Assembly (NCBI GenBank): GCA_951406725.2
Contig: OX597818.1
Coordinates: forward strand, 10,850,001 to 10,914,000
Reading direction: 5' to 3'
Length of the DNA stretch: 64,000 nucleotides
From: Octopus vulgaris
Lineage: Eukaryota
Shown: piece by piece, positions 41,075 through 55,010 of the stretch
Numbering within the stretch: position 1 is the stretch's first letter
Layout of the letters: every line of letters begins with the position of its first letter
Translations under genes and position numbers: made by a program
Notes under the pieces: generated by a model
The model's input: the letters and a program-made list of their open reading frames with translations, nothing else
What the model was told of the DNA's origin: nothing
Database searches by the model: none

Positions 41075-41480
41075 AGGCCAGCAAGCTTTGGGGAAGGGGT
41101 TAAGTCAATTACATAGACCTCCAGTGCTAAGTTGGTACTTATTTTACCGACCCTAAAATGATAAAAGGAAAAGTCAGCATTGGCAGAATTTGAACTTAGA
41201 TCGTAAAGATGGATGAAATGCCACTAAGCATTTTGCCAGGCATGCTAATGATTCTACCAGCCACATCACCTCAGGAATATATATGTTATATTGGTTTCAA
41301 ATTTTGGCACAAGGCCAGCAAGTTCAGGGGAGTAACGTAAGTTGATTACATCAACCTTGGTGTTCAACTGGTACTTATTTTAGAGATCCTGAAAGGAGGA
41401 AGGACAAAGTCAACCTCAGCGAAATTTAAACTTAAAACATAAAGATGGACGAAATGATGTTAAGCACTTTACCCAGTGTG
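41075..41480 (-). mobile_element. Two tandem SINE family C copies
   Basis: Two consecutive reverse-complement matches to 54795-55010. Confidence 0.75.
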
Positions 41481-43810
41481 CTAATGATTTGGCCAGCTTA
41501 CTGCCTTATAGGACTATGTTATATTAACATTTGTTTTCATGTATTCAAGATGGTAGGATTGGATTTAAGGAATATTTGGCCGTTATTTCTTGCAGTTCTT
41601 GTTCATGGTGCTCGATCAACTTATCTTCCTCTTTTTATCACCCCCACCTTTTTCTTGCTGCTATTTCTAGCAAGCCAAGTGAGCATTTAGAGATTCCCTC
41701 ATGATAGGTGTAGTTGTTGACGTTGTCTATTAAAACTGATCAATGAAATAGCCAGATGAAAATATATATAAAAAATTCAATAAAAAGAAGTTAACAAAAG
41801 AAATTACAAGCTAAATAAATCTTGCACTTTGCTGTGTGTATGTGTGTATTTAATACACATAGACACATATGTGTACTCATGTTTGTGTGTGTATGCATAC
41901 TTGAGTATATAACTGTGTGTATATATGCATGCATATGACAATTGCTTCATCTTATTAAATGAAAGCCATCTCAATAAAAGACATCTGTACATCATTAGAT
42001 TTTATTGACATATGCTTGTACAAAACTTACACCACTTTCTAAGGATTCATAGTTAAATATCCAGTAACAAGAAAGTTTTATATCAGTAAAGCCTTCTAGA
42101 CTTTTCTCAGTTAAAGGATACTTACGAGTCTATAACAGTTTTAATTTTAGAGTTTACCGTCTCCCATTTGGTTCCACTACACTCCCTAACTTAGACTTTT
42201 AAGTGTTTATGTCCCTTCCTAAATGCCAAAATATATGTGTGTGTGTGTGTGTCATTGCTATCATTTAGCATCAGCATGGGTAAAATGGTTTGACTGGAAC
42301 TGATAAGCCAGAGAGCTGTACCAGGCTCCAACCTGTTTTGGCTTGGTCTCTATGGCTGGATGCAATGCCCTTCTTAATGCTAACCACTCTAAGAGTGTAG
42401 TGGGTCCTTTCATGTGTCACCAGTATTGCTGCCTTTTACGGGTCCCCAGCTCCAACCACAGCTGTGATTTCACTTGGCTTAATGAATCTTCTCAAGCAGA
42501 GCAAATTGCCAAAGGTTTCGAATAGTTGTCATTGCCTCTGTGAGGCCCAACATTTGAAGATCATTTTTAACCACCTAGTCCCATATCATATGTATGTATA
42601 TATGTATTATGCACGCATGTGTGTGTATATATGTATATATATGTACATACACACACACACACTGGCACTCCATCGGTTATAACAAAGAGGGTTCCATTTA
42701 ACTAATCAATGGAACATGCAAGTGGCTGAGTACCCCACGGACATGCATACCCTAAATGTAGTTCCCCGAGAGGTTCAGCATGAGGCAAAATGTGACAAGG
42801 CTGGCCCTTTGAAATTCAGATGCTACTCCTTTTTTTCAGTTGAGTGAACTGAAGCAACTGTAAATAATGTATCGGAATCTATAGCCATATACATGCATGC
42901 ATACACACACAAACACACACACATCAATGATATAGGTTTCTCTCTCTTACTTGCTATTTTCCTCAGTCTCTGTCACTTCCTTTCTCTTTGTATTAAGAAG
43001 CAGATTATTTTGTTTTGTTTGTCTAATAAATACTGTTATACAAAATACAGTAACTGCTAAACATGGTAATATATTGCTTAACTTTTAGCTTTTGTTAATG
43101 AGTTCCATTGGCTTCTGAAAGAGAAATATATGTCTATACACATACATATATGCACAGACACATCCATAGCTGCATACACACACACACACACACACACACA
43201 CGCATATGTATGTGTTTGTGCATGTATATATGTTTGTGTATATGCTTGCATATTGTCTGATTATGCATCTACAGATGTATCTGTATGCAGAAAGCCCCTT
43301 AATATAGCTTCCTACAGCATATTGTACGCTATCACCTTATTCCATCTCCATCACCTTTCAACCAGTGGTGGTGATGGTTGTGGTGATCCGATTGTGGCAG
43401 CGGTGGAGGGAATGTGTGCAGGGGGATTAGGTAGGTTAAAGAATAAGTTGTTGTTATATCTCCACCTCTTCCTTGAACTCCATTTCACTTAAAAGCATCT
43501 TATAATACCACCACCACCACCACCATCAGTCCTTTTCTGCACTCTTGCACATATACACACCCATATGTGTATAAATATATTTATATATATATATATATAT
43601 ATGTATAATGTATACACACACACACACACAAAAGCACACACTTATTCTCTCAAAACCAGGCTCTTCAGCATCCCAGTCCAAACATGGATACACTTACACA
43701 CGCATGCAAGGTAAAGAAAACACTATGTTCTTTTCCTAATCCCACCCACATTATTTTCTCTAAAGATGGGTTGTGTGTGTGTGTCTGTGTATGTATGCCA
43801 TCATTTGCAG

Positions 43811-43841
<31 letters not shown>

Positions 43842-44581
43842 CTCACTCATAAAAAATATTGTTCAAAGATACTGTCAGATTTAAAAAAGGCATAAGCATT
43901 TACATACATATAAATTCAGAAAGATACAAATGCTCAGAGCTGTCAGACATAAAAATGCATGCAGGCACCTGTGCATACATGCGTGCACGCACACACACAC
44001 ATACACATACATGGGCATGTGTCTATGGTTATATATCACAAAATTTCATATGTATAAATACATACAAATAATACATGCCTGTACACATACAGACAAAACT
44101 ACACAAACCACATACCAAACACATACAGGCTTCACATGCATGCACACACACACTCAGAAATCTGACACACACACAAGCAAACACAAGAGTTGTTTTGTGG
44201 TTTGTTGGCCTGTTAGAAATAGCAGTCAAGTTACTCATCAAATGACACCCTTGTTGAGTGCAAGGAAGGCAACAATACTTTCACATGAAATACCTCTAAG
44301 AAGATGGAATGGCTTTGATCATGAATTTACTTGATCTGGATTGGCCTGGGGTTAAAAAAAACACAACAGAAACCACAAATCATTAAGAAACCTAACTGGA
44401 AATGCAACACACACATATGCGCAAATGTGGGAACTGTTTTGTGATAGACTTGGAAATAACTAACCAATTGCTACTCTGTTGGTTATGATGTTAAGAGCTC
44501 CAGTTAATCTGATCAGTGGAACAGCCTGCTTGTGAAAAATTAACGTGCCAATGGCTGAGCACTCCACAGACACACATACCC

Positions 44582-44810
44582 TTAACCCTTTAGTGTTCGC
44601 ATTATTCTGCCAAAATTAATGCTTTTTTATCCACATTGTTTTGAACTAATCATGCATTATCTTGTAACTATGAGAATTTGATGAGGTAGCTGTTAATTTT
44701 TAAAATGATATTGTAGGGTTGGTGTGAGAGACCAGATCTGGCCAGTTTGGACATAAAGCAGGCAGAATACTTTTGGCCAGATATGGCCGGTTTAAATGCT
44801 AAAGGGTTAA
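44582..44810. mobile_element. piggyBac-like MITE with TTAA TSDs, nested in a SINE
   Basis: TTAA-CCCTTTAG...CTAAAGGG-TTAA. Family copies at about 3415-3641, 3740-3920, 5772-5983, 14931-15158, 46142-46367, 48730-48900, 55180-55395, 56715-56942 and 59087-59314. Confidence 0.85.
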
Positions 44811-46619
44811 CATAATTCTCTGGGTGATTCAGCACAATACAGAATGTGACATGGCTGGGCCTTTGAAATACAAGTACAATTCATTTTTGCCAGCTGGGTG
44901 AACTGGAGCAATGTGAAATAGAATGTCTTGCTCCAGGAATCAAACTCATCACCTAATACCCTAACCACTAAGCTATGTGTCTTCACTGCTAATAATAGCA
45001 GCTAAATCTCCTCCAAATTTCAAATTAATGTCTTAAAAGAATAGGACACATTAGACAGCATAATTCTAGAAACAGTATGTTGGTATTGGAGGATTGGAGA
45101 TGAGATGGTAAATACTGGAATACCTTTAAACTGCCATGAGAGTTGATTAAAGGATTAAAGTGGATTAACTCCATAGAAGCTCCTTGTTACATTGAAATAT
45201 TGTTTATTTAATCCCCAATCAACTCTGATTCAGTAGATTTATGATAAAAGGTTTCCAGCTATGACCATCCTGCCTTACTCTTTTGTTTCAGATATTGTCT
45301 CCACATTATCTAAATTATCTTTCCTTCCATAAGACAGGAAGTTGTGATTTGACTGCCATGTCTAACAGATCAAGTGAGTTTGAAAGGACCCCTTTTAAGT
45401 TTTGGGTGTGGAGCTTGTTTCCCAGTCATGTGGCCTTGGGTTCAGTCCCATTGTGTGATGTCTTGGGCCAGTGTTCTTTTACTGTAGCCACAGTTTGACC
45501 AAAGCCTTCTGAGTAGATTTGTAAGATGGAAACCTACGGAAGCCAGTCATGTATAAGCATGTGTGTGTGTGTATGTACCTTTGTTTTGAGATCATGTGAA
45601 GGTTGTAGTCTTCTGCAGAAAAGCATGTCTGGGCTATGGGGAAATATTATGTTGGTTGGCAACAGGGAGAGCGTCAGGTTGTAGTAAAATCTGCCTCAGT
45701 AACTTCTATCTGTCTCATGCAATGATGGAAAAGTGGATTTTAAATGAATGGGGATTGATCACACACACAGATACACATACACACACTCATATATACACAT
45801 GTATACATATATATATACACACACACACACACACATATATCTATACATGCACATACATACACACAACATACATATATATATACATATATACACACACACA
45901 TACATATATATATATATACATATACACACACACATACACACACACACACACATGAGGGAGAGAGAGATTGGTGCATGCTTAATGGAGTAGTTAAGAAGTT
46001 TGTTTAGTAATCAATCATGAAATCTTGGGTTTTGATCAAAGTGTCAGTCAGCTTTGCAGAAGCCCATTAGAAAACTACAGCTATATTTTTAAGAACCATC
46101 CTTGCCACACATTTCCATGATGATTCAACTTGAAAATTACATTAACCATTTAGCATTCAAACTGGCTATGTCCTGCCAAAATATTCTACCTGTCTTATGT
46201 TGAAACTGGCCAGATCTGGCCCCTAACAAAAACCACAAAATGTCATTCTAAAATTAAACAATCACATCATTAAAATCTCAAAGCTACAAGATAATGCATG
46301 ATTAATTTATAAAACAATATAAACAAACATTACATTTGACAGAATAATCTAAATACTAAAGGCTTAAACCAGCCATATCAGGCCCAAACATTCTACCAAT
46401 TCTCTGTTCAACTGGCCAGATCTAGCCTGTCACACCTACTCTATAGTAGAAGACACTTGCCTAAAGTGCCATGCCATGGGACTGAACCCAGAACCATGTG
46501 TTTTGGAAACAAGCTTCTTTCCATACAGCCACAAATAATTAAAATACTTGTTGTTGAAACTGGCAGACGAGGGTCCATTTGTTTATTTCTTATTTAACCC
46601 TTTCGCATTCAGATTATGT

Positions 46620-46849
46620 ATTCCTTTATTCTTTTACTTGTTTCAGTCATTAGACTGCAGCCATGCTGGGGCACTGCCTTGAAGAATTTATAGTCAAATG
46701 AATCAACCCCAGTACTTAATTTTTAAGCATGGTACTTATTTTATCTCTCTCTTTTTTTGCTGAACTGCTAAGTTACGGGGACACAAACACACCAACACTG
46801 ATTGTCAAGAGGTGGTAGGAGGACAAACACAGACACAGAGACACATAGC

Positions 46850-46885
<36 letters not shown>

Positions 46886-47030
46886 AGGGGTTTCTTTCAG
46901 TTTCCGTCTTCCAAATTCACTCACTTGGCTTCAGTCGACCCAAGGCTATAGCAGAAGACACTTGCCCATGGTGCTATGCAGTGGAATTGAACCCTGAACT
47001 ATGTGGCTTGAAGCAAGCTTCTTTCCCCAC
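46620..47030 (-). mobile_element. SINE family A, nested in a piggyBac-like MITE (46594-47435)
   Basis: The MITE start ttaaccctttcgcattcag precedes it and the MITE body resumes after it. Confidence 0.75.
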
Positions 47031-48299
47031 AACCACCACATTGTTTTTAGTTTATCATGCATTATCTTGTAACTTTGAAATTTCAATGATGTCATTGTTG
47101 ATTTTTAGATTGACTTTCCAGCCTTTTTGTTACCGTATTTCTGTTGAAATATATTGCCTTTCTTTCAATTAGTTTAAAATAATAAAAAATATATTAGAAT
47201 GACTTAGACATTATGAAGCTGGGCTTTAGAACATAAATTAACATGAAATTTTGGTGGAAGCTTTTAATTTAGATCACTTTAGAATGACAAGTTTGTATCA
47301 GAACCAAAGGTGATTTCAGGCAGGTTGGTATATAAAGGGTTAGGATAGGTGAGAAAGCAGATTTGACCAACTAAAAACATAAAACAGGCAGAATAATTGG
47401 ACCAGATCTGACCGGTTTAAATGCTGAAGGGTTAATAATTCAATTATTCCATTGCTCATATGCTGCTGCATACTTGATGCCAATGTTTGGTTTCTTTTCT
47501 TTTGTTATGTCGTTGAAGACTTGGTCTTTGCATTCAATCGGAGTAACATTTCTAGCACCACGTAATAATTTATTCCTCCTCCAAACCTCCCATTTAACTA
47601 TAGTGTGTCATTTGAGAGATTTTTATTTTATATTTTGTAACTACTTGAATATGAATAAGATATTGCAAGGGAGAAGTGTCAGGAGATTCTATCAAATTAT
47701 GGCAAAGTTTATTGCTTGCTGTCTGTTTTGTGTTTGCAAGTATGCTTCCTCGTAATTCATGTATGTGCTTGTGCACATTTATATAGTACAGTTGTATGTA
47801 CACATGTATGCATATGTATGTGTGAATGCTGTCTGAAAGTGCATATATGGAATGTATTTGCAGGAAATATTTGTCATTAAGTCAAATGTATTACATAAGA
47901 TTACATGATTAGGTAGGAGAGAAGGTGAAAAAAAGTATCAGATAATCTATTTATTAAATTCTAGATAATTAAATTGTGGGTGTTTTCATACAAACACGTG
48001 CATATATATCTATAGGTGCAGGCATGGCTGTGTGGAAACAAGTTTACTTCCAAATCACATTGTTCCAGGTTCAGTCCCACTGCATGGCACCTTGAGCAAG
48101 TGTCTTTTACTATAGCTTTGGGCCAACCAAAGCCTTGTGAGTTAGATTTGGTAGACAGAAACTGAAAGGAGTTTAAAAATAAGTGTTATCAGGAAGGGTA
48201 TCTGGCTATAGAATATTGTATCAAGAAGTCTTATCTAACTCATGCCAGTATAGATAAATTGGATGTAAAAATGAGGATATAGATATGTGTGATATAGAC

Positions 48300-48670
48300 C
48301 CGTGAAGCCAAGTGAAATCATAGTCATAGCTGATGCTGGTGTCATGTAAGTGGCACATAAAAAGCACCCTTCGAACATTGGGCCTCACAGAGGCATTGAT
48401 AAGTGACCGAGATCTTTGGTGATATGCCATGCTTGAGAAGATCTGTCGAGTCAAAGTGAAATCATAGTTATGGCTGATGCTGGTGCCACATAAAAAGCAC
48501 CCATTACATTCTTGGAATAGTTGGCATTAAGAAGTACATCCAGACATAGAAACCATGCCAAATCAGATTGGAACCTGGTGCATACTTCAAGCTTAGCAGT
48601 CTCAGTCAAACTGTCTAACCCATTCCAGCATGGAAAGCAGACACTAAATGATGATGATGATGATGATGAT
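48300..48670 (+). mobile_element. SINE or non-autonomous retroelement family E with (GAT)n tail; copies at 3945-4115 (+), 6475-6640 (-), 29638-29820 (-) and 42255-42580 (-)
   Basis: Shared gttggcattaggaagggcatccag...ccagcatggaaagc.gac.ttaaa.gatgatgat-type sequence. Confidence 0.7.
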
Positions 48671-49649
48671 GTAGAGAGATAGAAAGAGCTGTTGGTGTGT
48701 ACAGAACTCCATACGTAAGTGTAGCGTACCCTTTAACATTTTAGCATTCAGATTTCTCTTAGGCTTATTTATTCACAATGTTTTGCGATTTCAATGATGT
48801 GATTGTATATTTTTAGACTAATATTGCAGAGCAGGTGTGAGGGGCTGGATCTGGCAAGTAAAATTTTTGGGCCATATATAGTGAGTTTAAATGCTAAAGG
48901 ATGTATTACATTATTATTGAAAAGTTCATAATCTGAATTACTTGTTTTTGATAGTTCAGCCAGTAATCCAGACCTGTTTTTTGCCTTCAGAATATCAGTT
49001 TCTTGAATATATTTTGAAATATTATATGAAAGCTATGAAGTAAACACTTATCTTTACATTCTTTTGCAAAAGCAAAAAAAAAACAAACAAAAAAAAAAAC
49101 CTACCAGCAACACATGCAAAAGTGGTTGTTTCAATCTCGTATTTTTCATTTCATTTCTGGCTCTTATGGGAATGCTCCAAACATCTTAAGCTTCATACAA
49201 TCAAGATCACTCTAATAACTTTACTTTTGGAATTGTGTTGTTACTTAAGTAATATTTTAAAGTGATATTTTGAAAGCAATATATGCATGTATCATGTGTG
49301 TGTATGTACGTATGTATGTGTGTATATATACATATGTGTATGTAAATATATATACGTATGTATGTATATATGTATATATATATATATATGTATGCATGTA
49401 TATAAGTATTTGTGTGTGTGTGTCTATATAGATCTGTATGTATAAAATGCTTGTGTATCTGTGTTTGTACCCCCGCCATAACTTGATAACCAATGTTCGT
49501 GTGTTTCCATCCCGTAACTTAGCGGTTTGGCAAAAGAGACAGAATAAATACTTGGATTAGAAAGAATTTTTTCTGGGGTCGATTTGTTCAACTAAAGGCG
49601 GTGCTCCAGCATCGCTGCATTCAAATAACTGAAACAAAACAATATAAGA

Positions 49650-49728
49650 ATATGTATATATATATATATATCTATATATATACATATATATGTGTGTTTG
49701 TGTGTGCGAGTGTGAATATATATGTATG

Positions 49729-49775
<47 letters not shown>

Positions 49776-50068
49776 ATATAAATATATATGTATATATATA
49801 TGTATATATATGCATATATATATGTGTACATATATGTATGTCTATATGTGTACATATATGTATGTCTATATATATATATGTATATATATGCATATATATG
49901 TGTACATATATGTATGTCTATATATATATATGTGTATATATATATGCATATATATGTGTACATATATGTATATATATGCATATATATGTGTACATATATG
50001 TATGTATATATGTATACATATATGTATGTATGTATGTATATATATATATTGTGTATATATATTTATGT
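49650..50068. repeat. Compound (TA)n microsatellite with recurring tgtgtacatatatgta sub-unit
   Basis: Direct inspection. Confidence 0.9.
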
Positions 50069-50069
50069 A

Positions 50070-50560
50070 TCTATTATATAAAATCCATTCTCTCTGTCTG
50101 TGTGTGTGTCTTCTAGGATCTTGCGCATCCTCCATCCGATCGCGCTCAAATTTGATGTGTAGATACCGATGGTATCAGGGCGTGTATAAGTCTTGAAAAA
50201 ATTACCAAAATTGATTCCAGGTGAGAATGCGATCGATAAAGCTGTGGGAACATGCGTTTGTATGCTCAAGTACATCAGCTGTTGCGATTGATATCTTTAC
50301 TTTTTCTTTTGCTGGTGTCTCAAATTTAGGTTAAATCAGTGTTTCTCAAAGGGGAGGCCTATGGGACAGTCGGACAAGTTGTTTTGAGAAAATTTAGTTT
50401 AAATGTTTGACAACTCAGCACCGTCCATTAAACGGTGGCGTTTTGCTCGTATATGCAAGTATATAGTTATGTTCTATTTCTATTCCTGAGCGGTATACTA
50501 ATACATTTGTTTGTACTCCACCTGCCTTCGTCTTTTGTTTATTTTCATAAACCTCCCCGT
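50070..50560 (+). mobile_element. Probable non-autonomous Helitron, 5' portion
   Basis: A|TCTATTATATAAAA start followed by ctgtctgtgtgtgt and ccatccgatcgcgctcaaatttg. CpG-rich relative to flanks. No 3' CTAG seen. Confidence 0.5.
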
Positions 50561-50576
50561 TATATATATATATATA

Positions 50577-50621
<45 letters not shown>

Positions 50622-50722
50622 ATATATATATATATATTTATGTATCTATATATATATGTGTATATATATATATATATATTTATGTATATATATATGTGTA
50701 TATATATGTGTGTGTGTATGTG

Positions 50723-50772
<50 letters not shown>

Positions 50773-51058
50773 GATACCTAATATAGGATAACATTTTCAA
50801 AAATTTTATCAGTGGCCAGCATATTGAGAAATACCTTTTCAGGTGAAAATTATAAACAACTTATAAATAAGGGCAAATGAAAGAAATTTCTATGGCAATA
50901 TGCTGAGAATATACTTTAACTCGTCAATAACCACATATAATTAATTCATCACTTTTAAGTACGTCTCGAAGCATGCTGATAAAAATTTCTTTAAAAATTC
51001 CGTTATTACCGAATCAGTCTGATTTCTGAGTTAATCCATAAAGAATGTGTGCATATAA

Positions 51059-51090
<32 letters not shown>

Positions 51091-51139
51091 GCACACATAT
51101 ATATATGTACGTACATACATATATATATGTGTGTGTATA

Positions 51140-51185
<46 letters not shown>

Positions 51186-51949
51186 CATACGTACATATAT
51201 ATATATGTATGTGTATATTCATATATATATATATATATATATATAGCCTCACACACCTCCCAACACCACCACACACCACTACACCATACACCACCATGCC
51301 ACACAACACCACACTACATCACATCACACCACCATGCACACATCCGTTGACCACCTCCACCCTTATTTACTCTTGACCATCACTTACTCTCTCCACCGCA
51401 CTTTTGTAACCTCCACCTTACCATTCTTGATTTCAAGTTCCCCCACCATCTATATCCCTCTTTCACACATCCATAGCACTGGAATTACTCCTTACTCAAC
51501 CTAACACCCCCACCATCTTAATCACTGTCTGCCTCTCTTTCGCTAACTCCTAACATTACTCTTTCCCCCTTTTCTCTCCTCTTACTCCCTTCACTATCAA
51601 ACCCTTACAACAATATGTCTGATCCTTTCATTATACTATAACTTCTTTCAGTGCCTTGCTTGAAGTCATTTCTTTCTCCTATTTTCTTTTTCAGTTGTGG
51701 GAGTATCCTTAATTTTTCATGTATAACATGGTCTCACTAAGACTTTTGTCATGATAAACTGAAAACAGTACACCCTGTTATGTTGTTGGTATTAGGGTGG
51801 GTATTCTACCATAGAAACCATACAAAAACTGAGATAGCTGATCAAGATATGGTACTCTGACCTATCCCTGTTACCACTGTAGCTCCTATAAGAACTGACT
51901 CAAATCCTGGTGAACCATTCAACTCATGAGCATTATGGAAAGTGAGCAA

Positions 51950-52335
51950 AGGTGCAGGAGTGATTGTGTGTTAAGAAGCTTGCTTGCACACCCCATGGTT
52001 TGAGGTTCAGTCCCACTGCGGTGCACATTGGTCAAGTGTTTTCTACTATTAACTTGGGTCGACCAAAGCCTTCTGAATGGATTTGATAGACAGTAGCTGA
52101 ATGAAGCCAGTTGTGTGTGTGTGTGTGTGTCTCACATCCCTGCTTGACAACCAGTGATGATGTGTTTTTGTTCCCATAACTTAATGTTTTGGCTAAAGAG
52201 ACCAATAGAATAAATACCAGGGTTAAAAAATTACAAGTAATGGGGTTGATTTATTCGACTAAAATACTCCAAGGCAGTGCCTCAGTATGGCCACAGTCTA
52301 ATGATTGAAACAAGTGACAAAATGAAAGAATATAA
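51950..52335 (+). mobile_element. SINE family A
   Basis: Colinear with 61255-61615. Confidence 0.8.
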
Positions 52336-52372
52336 AATGATAATGATGATGATATGCATATTTATGCATACA

Positions 52373-52742
52373 CTAGCAGTATCGCCCGGCGTTGCTCAGG
52401 TTTGTAAGGGAAATAACTATAAAGCATTTTTAGAGAGTTATAGCCAAAAAATAGCAAAAAAATGATGGTAAATTTTTTTTTGAGTTAAAAAAGGTTGAGT
52501 TGCGTCCCCTAGACAGTCTGTGGTTTGTTTCTGATTCTCGACCCCATGTCGAATTTATCGATTTTTTCAGAACTGGGGGAACTTTTCAAAATTTTCGCTG
52601 CGTTAGTTTTGAATTATGACATTGGGCTATGTGTGTGTCAAGTTTCATCAGAATCGGTTGAAAGCCGTGGTCAGGGTGAGGGTACAAGCAAACAGACACA
52701 CAGAAACACGCACAGACAAACTGCCGTTTATATAGAGAGAGA
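52373..52742 (-). mobile_element. Complete non-autonomous Helitron (370 bp)
   Basis: Minus strand: A|TC 5' end, CTAG|T 3' end, and a subterminal GC-rich hairpin-like segment cctgagcaacgccggg. Confidence 0.7.
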
Positions 52743-52772
52743 TACTCATACATATATGCACAATAATGCTTG

Positions 52773-52998
52773 TACGGGGTGGGGGTGCTGAAAAGTTCCT
52801 GGCTTTTGGGTAAAAGAAGATAGAGGAGGATCAGTTAATTATGATTTTATTTGATCCTATTCCTCTCTCAGATTCACACACTAATTGCAGTGGTCCTTCA
52901 GTTTTTCTAAGTCCTGTAAAGGAACTCGGAAGGTTAGGCTTCCAACCTGGCCTTTTGCAATACCCTTTAAGCCAGGAACTTTTCAGCAGCCCCTCATA
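52773..52998. mobile_element. Mariner-type MITE
   Basis: TIRs ggggtgctgaaaagttcctggctt / aagccaggaacttttcagcagcccc, with TA at both ends. Confidence 0.85.
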
Positions 52999-54794
52999 TT
53001 TATGTGGTTGTGAACATTACCAAATATATGTAAAAATTCCTCTCCTCTCCAATAAACATATATATATGTTTGCATGTATGTTTATGGAGAGAGGAGGAAG
53101 TTTTACAGATATGTTGTATGTGTTTGCTGCATATAGCCACATCTATTTATTTTTCTACTCTTTTTCATGCTCTCTCTCTCTCTCCCTTCCACCTCTGTCT
53201 GTATATGTGTGTGTCTGTGTGTGTGTTGTGAATAGTTGATATTCTTGTCATTTCTGGTTGATATCTTGAAGGTAGTTAATGTATATTTTCTGATATTTGA
53301 AAAATTAAATCTTGTTACCTTACTGACAACTTGATTACACGTTTGCTAGGTGTTTGAAGGAACACAGTGTAGATATCTTTGAACAGACTCTGCTGGGATT
53401 CTTCTATATATATTAAAAGAGATGAATAAGAATTTTCCATATTTTCAAGTTGTCACTTTATTTTATTGCTTTCTCTTCTCATCTGGGGGGAAAAAAAGAC
53501 CAGAAGAATCACATAGATTGGTGACTCAACTCTTATCCATAATTCTTTCTCACATGCTTTGTTTTTCCAAAGAAGTAACTTACCTAGATGGCCTTTCTGT
53601 CTTTCTTTCTTCCCATCGTTTTTTTTCTTTGCCTGCCATTTTCATCTTCTTTGATGCAAATTCTTCTTCATAGTGATATGTTTAGTAGGGGTGGAATATT
53701 GCAGCAGTAAAAAAAAAAATAATAACAAAAGCAAAAGCAATAATAACAAGATCATTCTAATCTTCATAGAATAAAAGTGCAAATAAAACATTTTCAGAGA
53801 TTTTTTTTCCATCCTTGCTATGTTCATATCTTAGGTTATAGACTAGTTTTGTTTTTACATTATGTATGAGACATCAGCCATCTTGAAATTTGGATAGGGT
53901 TATCTTCTGCTTTCTTGAGTTCTATTTAGTTGTTTATTTTTTTTATAGAGCCATTCCTATGAATAGATAAATATTTCTGTAAAAAATAAATGGCTGAAGT
54001 TAATTTGGAACAAACTAAATAAATGAGTATTTTACTGATTATATTCCTTAAACTCTCAACAAATCTCTCTCTCTCTCTCTCTCTCCCTCTCTCTCTTTAT
54101 ATAGGTATATAATGCACATATACATGTATGCATACACACACGACATGACACACATGCACACACACACACACACACACTCGCACATAAACACACACACATA
54201 TAAACACTGAGCATCAAGAATTGTTTAGCTGAAGACAGCAACAAAAATCTTTTGCTGAAAGAAGTGATAGCAGATGAATGAAGTAGCATGGCTTATGTAA
54301 GACCTGATATCAGCAGTGTTACAGTATGGTGTGTTTAAATGAAATATGAGCCATGAAGGTTAAAGGAATGAATCAGAGAGCATTTAGAATTAAAATATTT
54401 TTATGGTGTTTTACAGTAGATATGTTAGTGTGGTTAAAACAAAGAGATAATGTGCCTGTCATGTTGGTGGATGTGAAATGAGAATCTAATTAGTTGTGTT
54501 TTAATAAATTTGGTCATCTGCCTATCTTTTTACTTTGGCATATTTGTAGCATGAAGTTGAATATAAATTACCTCATAAACTCTGAAGGGCTTTCAAAGGC
54601 CAATGCTAGGCTGTGGTTTCAAAGCAATTATGCTATATTGAGAGAAAAACCAATCTTCTCCCTTGTCTGATGCCACTCTGTCTCTGATAACATTCCTAAG
54701 TATCTGTTTTTAGCTATTTCCGAGAGCTAGATGGACTGGAACATTGAGGATTAAATGTTTAGCCGAAATGGACATCAATATTCTTACAGTGGAT

Positions 54795-55010
54795 AAGGCA
54801 GTGAGCTGGCGGAATTGTTAGCATGCTGGGCAAAATGCTTTGCAGCATTTCATCTGTTATGTTCTGAGTTCAAATTCTGCCAAGGTCGATTTTGCCTTTC
54901 GTTTTTTGGGGGTTGATAAAATAAATACTAGTCAAGCACTGGGATTGATATAATTGACTTACCCCTACGCTGAACTTGCTGGCCCTGTGCCAAAATTTGA
55001 AACCAATATT
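54795..55010 (+). mobile_element. tRNA-derived SINE family C; minus copies at 6652-6860, 41075-41265 and 41288-41480
   Basis: ggcagtgagctggcggaattgttagc...gagttcaaattctgcc...tttgcctttc...ggggttgataaaataa (Meta-domain-like centre). Confidence 0.75.

Noticed and set aside
47474-47600. Open minus-strand frame (VKWEVWRRNKLLRGARNV...) as a possible exon
   Set aside because: Poor acceptor pyrimidine tract and no recognisable homology.
54229-54270. CTGAAGA...GAAA hammerhead-like match
   Set aside because: Stem II is possible, but there is no stem III or stem I pairing around any NUH site.
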